Below, one piece after another: positions 13,301 through 22,526 of a stretch of 64,000 nucleotides of DNA (positions are counted from its first letter, which is position 1; each line of letters opens with the position of its first letter). Origin of the DNA: Vicugna vicugna (taxonomy: Eukaryota); NCBI GenBank assembly GCA_013265495.1, contig MU058718.1, forward strand, positions 372,001 through 436,000, given 5' to 3'. The notes under the pieces were generated by a model, which did no database searches, was not told where the DNA came from, and was given only the letters and a program-made list of their open reading frames with translations. The position numbers were made by a program, and so were the translations under genes.

Positions 13301-14109
13301 CTATGGAAACATTTATTAGGGGTCACAAATGGACTATACTGGATAGTAGTTGACAGATAAATTCCTTGGCAGGTTAAGGAAAAATATGAAAAACGGTTTT
13401 GTTCAAATTAAGAAAAAAAATCTGAACTAAAAAATGTTTTTTTCTAGTTAACAAAAGCAATACAAGTTCATTTTCCAGTAAATATTTTAAAGTATCCCCT
13501 TTTTCATGCTACCAAGCCATGGCTCATGGGACTTAACTGTATTTACTTAAAAAAAACAAAAACAAAACAAACAAACAAAAAAACACTGATTAGCACCACC
13601 ACATCCTCCCTTCTCCCTTCCCTACTCTGAACTTTCTCCACTTAATTTCCTAATTATAGTTTGGTTATGCCAGTGTCCCCCAGTTTGAACTCCTGTGGAC
13701 AATAGTGCTAAAAGATGTTAATACATATTCTAGAGAAACAGAGGTTTCCTTGTCAAACAAGTTTGGGAACCACTTCACCTCTGAAAGATTACAATGCATA
13801 CTTAGCAAAAAGTTCCAAGAGGTCCTTCAGTTAAGAAACCTGCGTAAGCCACAGTTTCCTATATTTAACTCATTATAAATCCTTTTTGTGGAATAAACTG
13901 TGGGAGAAACATTAACTAGGGCTAATATTAAAATGAGCATACGTTCCCCGAACATGTTAACTAAAGATAATGAGAAACATCTAAGACTTGTCACTAAAGA
14001 AGGTTAATTTAAAGTGAAGAGGGAACAGAAAACTAAGAGCTGGCACTATAAGCTTCTAAAAGTGGAAAAACCTTAAGAGAATCTTAGAAACCAGAATGTT
14101 TAAGCTATT

Positions 14110-14382
14110 CAGGGATAAACTGGGAGGTGGAGATTTGCAGATACTAATATATATAAAATAGATAAACAAGTTCATACTGTATAGCATAGGGAACTATATT
14201 CAATATCTTGTAGTAACTTATGGTGAAAAAGAATATGAAAATGAAGTATGTTCATGTATGACTGAAGCATTATGCTGTACACCAGAAACTGGCACAACAT
14301 TGTAAACTGGCTATACTTCAATAAAAAACATACATACAAAAAAAATAATAAAACACATCTCTGGTATCTTCAGAGAAAAAAA
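14110..14382 (+). mobile_element. 5'-truncated L1 3' end with 17-bp TSD and extra 3' segment
   Basis: TSD AGAAT(G/A)TTTAAGCTATT at 14093-14109 and 14383-14399; L1 3'UTR motif tatagcatagggaactatattcaatatcttgta. Confidence 0.85.
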
Positions 14383-14689
14383 AGAATATTTAAGCTATTT
14401 GATGTAATTTTTAGAAAATAATTTAGATGTATTTTTTTCCTTTCAATTTGTAATTTTTTAATTATAAAAATAATGTATGCTCATAAAATATATAGAACAT
14501 TCAGAAAGTTCAAAAAGGCAAAAAAACTATAATTCAATTATCTAGAGGCAATCAGTTTAGACATTTTGGCCAATTTCCTTGCAGTCTTTTTTCCTATGAG
14601 AGCAATTTAGACTAAAAAGAAAAATTTTAAGTTTTAAAGATCCATAAAAAATTAACAATCTAGTTTTTCACTATACCATAGTTAAAAAT

Positions 14690-14880
14690 GAAGCATGGTG
14701 CAGATGAAATAGCATGAACTGCTAAATCATCAAACATGATCTAAAATTCAGACTTTGTCACTTACTAGCTATGCCACCTGATTTTAAAAATTTCATTTAG
14801 CTTCAGTTTTCACATAAAATCTGGGTAGTGCCAACTACCTCATGTTTTTACTGCCAGGATTAAACTGTATGAAAATAACA
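14690..14880 (+). mobile_element. MIR fragment
   Basis: cacttactagct...cttcagttttcac...aggattaaa resemble MIR. Confidence 0.5.
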
Positions 14881-15444
14881 AACATTGAGCTTAATGAAAA
14901 TACATATTAGCTGCCTTCCAGTGTTTTTTAGAGTCTTCCATGTAGAAGAATCTAATTTTTAAAAATACAAGGTGGGAAAGTGGCAAAATTAAGGAAAAGA
15001 AATGAGAGGGAACAAAGGTCACATATAAGGCTAGAAAATCTGCACAAAAACATACCTCACAAATCTGAGGCTGCGGATGCTTCAGCATTTCTGAAATATC
15101 AAAAAGCACTTTATATTGTTCCAAATATTACACATGCTATTTTTAAAAGTTTTTGAATCTTAAATTCTTGGAAAATATTATGGGTGTAAATAAACAAACT
15201 TAATTATGAAAAAGTTGTAGTTTCTTACAAGCTAATTGAATATATAGATTTGAACAGAAATAGTAGGGAAAGCCTTTCTTTTTAAAACTGACTATATATT
15301 ATTCTTTTCATTGCTGTATAATAATTACATATGGTTACAATTATGCTTGGGTAACAAGTTTTACCTACAAACTAGTATAAGGTTACTCTAAACTTAAACT
15401 GCTTTCATGTTCTGATAAAACTAAATTCTAAGTTTTATGGCAAA

Positions 15445-15620
15445 AGTTGGAGAGGCAGTAGACTTCTTGGATCAGAAGATAAAAGACCTGGGTTCTATTT
15501 CTAGTTCTGACATTTGGTTAAGTGTGTGACCTTGGACAGAATACAACTGGTCTTAGCCTCAGCCTTTTCATTGATAAAACAGTGATTTTATCTGTCTTGC
15601 TGTGGTAAGGACCCAATGTC
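15445..15620 (+). mobile_element. MIR fragment
   Basis: agacctgggttct...tgtgtgaccttggaca...gcctcag resemble MIR. Confidence 0.55.
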
Positions 15621-16659
15621 AATGTAACAACACGAAAAATCAAATACTGGCTGTCTTTAGCCAGTAGAACTAGGTAGCTGAGAGTAGGAATTTTACTGTT
15701 TTTCCGTTAACACCTTAGAAAGTTTATACACATGTACATATTATTTACCCCCAAAATAAATTAAATAGGCTGTTACACTTCAGGACACTATCAGAGATAT
15801 AAAAATCTTCAGATTTCTAAACTGCTTTCAATTTTTTTTTCAATACTCTGCTCTCCTCAGTCTTGTTATTACTCTCTTCTAGTTTTATCTTTCACAGGAT
15901 GAATAATTTTCACATCAAATACATATTTTATTAAAAAGGCATTTTTAAAACTCCTTCCATAAGGCAATACTGATATGCCTCTTGGATAAAGTGACTAAGA
16001 TTATATGATATTATTATTTATATAGATAATACTCACTGCCATAAGTAGAATGGTAATCTATTCATGTTTTCTCACCCTATTGTCTTTGAGAACAATAACA
16101 TTTGTGAGCCTAAGGGTACTATGAATGGTCACAACAGAACAGAGCTACCTAACCTTCACTGCAATTGAAGGTGCGGACCTTGGCATCATTTTCAGTGAGT
16201 TTATTCAGCTACCGGTTCCTATGACACATGTACTGTTAATGATAAATCCATTTGGAAAAATTTAACAGCCAAAACAGTGACAGACAGCTACACTGGTTTC
16301 TTCTTAAAAAGCTATGTCATCTTAAATAACCAGCCAATTTTTCTAACATTTAAGTTATACACATTTCATTACCACACTATCATCTTGTATATACTGTTTG
16401 AATGTTTCCCTAAACAAGACCATAAACTCAGTGAAGACATTAAAATTTGTTTTTTAAAAATTTGAAACAGAAATGGAAATGTGGAAACATTATGCTGACA
16501 GAAGCAAGAATACATCTTCTCATATTTGAAAAATTTTACTGGATGATTCAAACTCCATTTTAAATAAAACCATTAAGTGCCCATTCAAAGTACCCTGTTA
16601 ATAACACAAGACATCATTAACAATTAGCTTTGTAAATCAATGAGTACCTTCTATATACT

Positions 16660-16795
16660 GATAATTTTATGAGGGTAGGTGTTATCTCCGTTTTAGAGAT
16701 GAGGAACCTGACATTCAGAAAAGTAAAGAAGCATATTCAAGGTCACATAATGAGTAACTGTCAGAGTCAAAATTAAAACCTAGGGCCCAAGCTCT
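16660..16795 (-). mobile_element. MIR fragment
   Basis: ccgttttagagatgaggaacctgac...caaggtcaca (reverse MIR core). Confidence 0.6.
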
Positions 16796-18033
16796 TTCTA
16801 TACGTGTGAAATTTGTAAAAGAAAAAAAAAATTCTTTAACGTATAGCTTGACTTGACTGCTTGGCAGAGCGAAAGGAGAGAAGAGCAGACACCATTCATA
16901 GTTTTAAAGTCACATGGTTCCTGATATTACAGTTAGGGCATTTTATAGCTGTAACTCTTGTTCCAAATTTGCGGATTCTTCTCATGCTGAACTCTGAGAA
17001 GTACTACACTGAAATCTCACAATGATTTATTTGATATAGAAGCTGCAATTATCAGAGCTCATCTTGAACCCCATAGTCTATCCAATGATGTTTACTCGGA
17101 TAAAAAAAATTGTAAACCAGTCTACCTAAACAACGAATCATCTCCAAATAATACTAAGTCACTGGGAAAGAATCATCTCAGGTATCTTCTGTTCTTGCGG
17201 GAAATCAACAATAGGTTGGTTATTTTTTTCCCAAATTCCAAGTTCTTTTTCAACCAATCACTCTTCCTCTTCATTTATATACCAAACCTCAGTGTCTAGA
17301 AAGTGTATTTGGAGCCCTAGTACTCAAAACAACCCCTTACACAATGCCACCACGGTAAGAACAATACCACGGGCTTGTCTAAATATGCATTTGCAACTTT
17401 TCCCAATGGAACCAAAATGAAAAACAATAGGAAAATATCTACAACAGAAAAATGTCTCAGTTATGTCATAAACGAGGTCCGATTGAGACTAGAAGGTGGG
17501 TATCACAAAAAAATACTATTTGAAGGTTTTCATTAGAGACCTGTATCCTAACATGGAGAAGATGGAAACACAAGCAAAGCATAAACTTAATGGCCAAGAC
17601 CTTAGCACAGACTGCAAGGATCGATCGAAGTATTCAACAAGGTACTTTAATTCTAGCTCTTCTATATCTAAATATGTACTTTAGTGAACTTTAGGTGGGG
17701 TCTGAACAGGGAAACCTGGGTTACTTTCTTTTTAAGGGATGTATTTAAAGTGTCCCAAAGAAAAAGCATTAATATACACACCAGAACTCCAGGAACCATA
17801 AATTGAGATTAAGTCTTCCTTCCTTTATCTCTATAGAAATGACAAGATTAAAGGCTTGAGAAGGGTCTCGCCTTCCTCTCCTTTAACGAACATGCCCAAA
17901 GATCTCATTCTCCAGCGAGGAGGCGTTGGATCCGCTTAGGGACCCGGATATGGCTGCTGAGAGGAGCTCCAGGAAAGTAGAAGCAGACCCCGAAGGGCAA
18001 GGCCAGGCAGCAACCCACCCTTCCCCCACTCAC

Positions 18034-18260
18034 CTCTCGAAGCGCAGTTTAACCGAGGCTGTCCGAGTAACTGCCGCCATCACCACCACCATCACTCTGA
18101 GTGCTCGCTGAGGTGAAGAAGGGAGGCGCAGCCACTCCTGCACCTCATGAAGATCCTACCATGCAGATGCTGGTTTGCAAGCCCCCACTCCTCGGCGCAG
18201 GGTTCTCATCTCGGACGTCGCGGTCACCGCCTCCACCTGCTTCCCGCGGCGCCGCCACCA
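18034..18260 (-). other. SOCS4: SOCS4 exon 1 (5' end approximate)
   Basis: Consensus donor GAG|gtgagt on the minus strand (GT at 18033-18032) at the CpG-island edge. The TSS cannot be determined from sequence. Confidence 0.8.
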
Positions 18261-18419
18261 CTTCCGCGTTCGGCGCCGTCCCTTTTTTCCTCACGCCCCC
18301 AGCAACCGGCTTTTCCCCTTGCGGCGGGCGCGCAGCTGTGACGCCACCGCCCTGCGACCCGGGTCGGGACCTGCGCTGGGTGTGGGCGGGACGGCGCAGG
18401 CGCAGTGTGGGAGCACGCC

Positions 18420-18492
18420 GGAGCGCGGGAAGCGACCCTGTGGCGGCGGTTGCTTCTCACCTTTCCTCAGTCGCGGAGGTTCGGTCTCCTGG
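18420..18492 (+). other. WDHD1: WDHD1 non-coding exon 1 (5' end approximate)
   Basis: Donor CTGG|gtgagt (GT at 18493-18494) in the CpG island, 231 nt upstream of the ATG-exon acceptor. Confidence 0.8.
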
Positions 18493-18739
18493 GTGAGTCG
18501 TCTGCCACTCTCCGCGTCCTTGCTGCCCACCGCAGGGAAGCGTGTCTTCTCCCCCACGTAGTGTCGGACATACCCTCCGCTATATCCTGTTTGTGCCCCT
18601 CGGGCTTAGGAAAACGGGCTGCCGAGGGCGTGCCCATGAGGAAATTAACCTTCCTTTTTACCCATTCAGCCTCTGGCTTTCTTGTTTTCTAAAATAATAG
18701 TAGCTTTTATAAAATATTTTCAGGTAAGTAGAGGAAAAG

Positions 18740-18816
18740 ATGCCTGCCACACAGAAGCCAATGCGATATGGACACACAGAGGGACACACAGATGTCTGTT
18801 TTGATGATTCTGGGAG
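18740..18816 (+). CDS. WDHD1: WDHD1 (AND-1/CTF4) first coding exon, MPATQKPMRYGHTEGHTDVCFDDSG
   Basis: Manual translation matches the WDHD1 N-terminus. Acceptor cag| ends 18723; donor AG|gtaagg. Confidence 0.95.
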
Positions 18817-19309
18817 GTAAGGTACTTTGAGAAACAAAAAGAACGTTTTGGGTGTGAATATTACAACAGTTATTCTTATATGTCATGTAAACAGTCAGCC
18901 TAAAATGACTCACCCAGATTGAAATAAGGCTGAACTCTAAAATGGCACGTAAGTTTTCCTTAGATTTACTGTTCCATTCTGACTGTCACGGTAGTTTTAG
19001 TATATCAAGAAAGTTAATGAGTGTAAAATCTTACTTCCAGAGGATTTGGAATAATGCGAACTTTCCCCTGCGTTTTCCTTTTGTTCACTTCCTTTCTGCT
19101 CCTCGCACTGTTAATTTTGCCAGATCGCTACCTGCCTGCTTGTCAAAATGGCTGGGTCTATCTTTTCAGTGTTTTTATCCTCCCTTGCCTTTCATGATGT
19201 TCTTTACTTTTTTTTTTTTAATTGTTTTAGTTTTCTGACAGGTTTATTTCTAATTTCCTCTACTTGATTCTTAAATGGTGGTATTTTCCTAGGGTTACTC
19301 TAGTCCTTA

Positions 19310-19770
19310 TGGAGGGAAACAATCAATAAACAATCTACACTAAGAATAGAAAAGTGTTTTGTTAGAGCCAAACTGAGGACTATAGCCTGGGAGACACAGA
19401 TTAAAGAAGTGCTTGACTTTTGTTCTGTCGGACTACAAAATGAGGGAGGATTATAACAGCAAAAACTACAAAATTACATGGATTGTCAAGAATTATAATT
19501 GAAGTTGGCAGGAAGTAAGGGTGCTTGTTAAGTATTGGCTGGAGGCCAATATGGTGGCACAGTTAATTATAAGTGGAGATCTTGAGACCACGTTATAGCT
19601 GGCAGCTGCTTCCAGATTTTGTTTTGAGAACCACTGGTGGTATCCTTGTGTCTGATACAGTTCAGAAAATTCAGGTTCTCAGTAATGCAAAAATTCATCT
19701 AAAACCATATCCACTGTGGCCACCTAGCTCTGTTTTGAATGCCTGAACTGTAGTTACTCCATTTTTACTT
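19310..19770 (-). mobile_element. Probable solo LTR (ERV1-like)
   Basis: gagccaaactgaggactatagcctgggagacacag resembles an ERV1 LTR U5 in reverse; family not assigned. Confidence 0.5.
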
Positions 19771-19999
19771 TTAAATGCATTCTTTTCTTTAATGGTTAAA
19801 GCAGCTTTTATTGTCACTTCTATGTTGATACATTCATTGAAAAAATATTTGCATGTCTGTTCCACTGGGGGCTGGAAATAATAGTGCAAACAAAGCATAA
19901 TCTTTTCTTCATTGACCTTAAGTTTTTTGTAGATTGACAGACATAGAGTACAAATTAATTGCAAAAGTAAATGTACATTTAAAGTTATACTTAGAAATA

Positions 20000-22300
20000 T
20001 TAAGTTATATGTGCAATGATAAGCATATCTGAGGGGAAGTTGATCTAGTTAGAGGAGACAGAGAAGGCTTCTCTGAGAATGTATTTCTTGAAATGAGATC
20101 TGAAGATTGAGTAGGCATTAAGAAGTATAGAGAAACTAGCTGAAATAGCTCAGTTGGGAGAGTGTTAGACTGAAGATCTAAAGAAGTATAGAGAGATGGG
20201 TAATGGTGGCAGTGGCGTGGTGGTGTTCACATTCCAGGCGGAGGGAACACTATGTGCAGAGATCCAATGAGAGTAGGGATAATGATATTCTCAAAAGACT
20301 GAAAGAAAGCTAGCCATGCTAAAGTGTAGAGAATGAGGCAAAGATTGATGAAAGATGAATTTGTGAAGGTAGGCAGTGGGCATCCTATCCAAGGCCTTCT
20401 GGGCTTTACTAAGGAATCTTGTTTTTGTCCTAAAAACAGTAGAAAGGTATTTGAAGCAGAAAGGTATGATCAGGCTTGTTTTTCAGAAGATACGTGAAGG
20501 ATAAATTGTAAAAGGAACAGGAGTGGATGTAGAGAGACTATTAGCAGGTATCTATGTTGGTCTGGTTGAGTGTGATGGAAACTTGGACTAGAGTAGGCAT
20601 GGCTATGGAGAAAAGAGAATGCATTCAGGAAATATTTAAAATCAATAGAATGGATCAGATATGAAGAAAGGAGAAGGAGGTGTCTGGTATAACATCTGCA
20701 TTTCTGGATGTTAGGGGAAATAATCAGCCATTTGCAGATATCCAGCACGTTTGGAGAGGAGCATATTTCAGAGGTAGAACGGGTTTGGAGATTACGAGTT
20801 TGCATTTGGACATAGTATAGGATTTCTTTGAGAAATCCAAGCAGAGATGTAGACAGTTGGATAAATGGATCTAAAGCTGAGAAGAAATGTGATCTCGAGA
20901 TAGAAATCTACATCTTTAGCTGTTACCTCCTGGAATTCAGGACTGAGGTCTTGACTAGAAATTTAAATGTGGAAGTTGTCAATATATAGATGATATTTGG
21001 TGCTATGAACTTGAATGAAATCACCTAGGGAGGGAGTAAATGTAGTTAAGAAACAAGGTACAAGGGCTAGGCCCTGGACACTGCAAAATATTTAGAGATC
21101 AAGTAGAAGGAGGATCCAGTTAAAGAGAATGAGAAGGGATGGCTAGAAAAGTAGAAAACCAAGAGATAAGAATGACATTAAAAAAAAAGTGACATCAAAA
21201 AGCCAAATAAAGTATTTTAAGGAGGAGGAAGTAATAAACTATCAAATGCTGCTGGTGGGTCAAGTTGAGGACTGAGAATCCTACCATTAGAATTAGTGAT
21301 ATGGAGGCTCTGGATGATCTTGAGCTTTTTTTTTATGGAGTGGTGAGAATAAAAGCCTTGTTGGCAGTGGATTCAAGAGAATGGAAAGGGAGGAATTAGT
21401 GTTTGTGAGAGTCATCAGAAAGGAATGTACAGTCAGGAAAGGTTTTTATTTCAAGGTAAGAGAGATTACAGCATATGTATGACAGATAAGGAGATAGTAG
21501 AGAGGGAAAGTTGAATAGACTAGGGAAATGTCGTTGGATTGCAAGGCAGCACTAAAGGCCTAACTCAGATTAGTGATCGTGAATTTCAAGTGAGACCAAA
21601 TAACCTCGTTATGTGTTTTCTCCAGGCCTGTTTAGCTCTCCAAGGGCAAATTTATTAATAGAGAGTTGGATTTAACCAGGGTTGGGGTTTTGCCTGGTAT
21701 GACAACGTCAGAGAGGCCTGAAGGATTTGAGGTTGATACAGAGGAGTGATTTTAAAAACAGGCTGTAGACTTTAAACCAGATTAAGTGGGATATGAGAAT
21801 TTGAAGGGGATGAGAGACAGTTAAAAGGTAGTTTCAGTAGATTATAGATCCTAATAGAATTTAAAAATTATTGGAGTTAGGATATTAAGGGTCCATGGTG
21901 AAAAGGTAAGTGATCAGGGTGATTGCAGTTGAGGTCATGAAGCAGTTGCAATGTTGGTAAAGACAAAATCTAGGCTAGGACCATGGGAGTCTAAGATGGG
22001 GTGGAGGACAAGATGAAGTATCAGAAGGTTTCATCTACAAGAATATGAAAATACTAAGAATTGTGATAGGATAGTGTTGTTAGAGAGAGAACCCTCTAAA
22101 AATTCTTAGGGAATAAGGGCAGTTTCTCTTTAGGAATCTGTAGGTGGTCTGATGGCAGTTTCTTGCCTTTTTTAAGAGAATGGAAGTAGTAATAGAGTAC
22201 AGGAGAGGCCCACCTCCAGGCCCCAGAGGGATGTAGAAAAAAAATCAGCCACTACGTAAGAGGGCTGAAGAGGAAGCAGTGTCCTCAGAGGAATGTTCAG
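20000..22300 (+). mobile_element. L2 LINE fragments
   Basis: Purine-rich L2-like phrases (gaaggcttctctgag; tttggacatag; gaaatcacctaggga; tcaaatgctgctg). Confidence 0.65.
20139..20183 (+). pseudogene. 3'-truncated tRNA-Phe(GAA) retrocopy (5' 45 nt) with TSD
   Basis: GCTGAAATAGCTCAGTTGGGAGAGTGTTAGACTGAAGATCTAAAG matches the first 45 nt of mammalian tRNA-Phe except two CpG-type transitions. Anticodon GAA at 20172-20174; TSD AAGAAGTATAGAGA at 20120-20133 and 20181-20194. Confidence 0.9.
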
Positions 22301-22526
22301 GAAAAAAGCTGATTTTGTTAGTACCTGACCATGAATCTCATGAGGCCCAGTGGAAGGGTTACAGAGGGGTAAGTCATCTTAGGGAAAGAACACTGCTGCA
22401 TGAGGATGGTGAATCCACGTAGTGACAAATGCCTTGGTAGCCATTGGCTTCTTGTGGCTATATCATAAAGAGGATAAAGTCTTGATAGAATTAGTCCTTT
22501 GCTCAGAAACTTATAATGGGTTTCTT

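Larger units (their letters stand above)
18030..18650. promoter_or_regulatory. CpG island / bidirectional promoter of SOCS4 and WDHD1
   Basis: Only GC/CpG-rich segment in the window. Motifs: ETS/GABP-like CACTTCCG (18259-18266), NRF1-like GCGCAGGCGCA (18394-18404), GC-box GGGCGGGA (18384-18391), E2F-like TTCCCGCG (18241-18248) and GCGCGGGAA (18423-18431). Divergent donor sites flank it. Confidence 0.92.

Noticed and set aside
17926..18692. Several overlapping 60-130 aa ORFs on both strands in the CpG island
   Set aside because: Expected from stop-codon scarcity in GC-rich DNA; low-complexity products that run across splice donors.
20139..20183. Functional tRNA-Phe gene
   Set aside because: Lacks the T arm/B box and 3' acceptor strand; TSD-flanked retrocopy.
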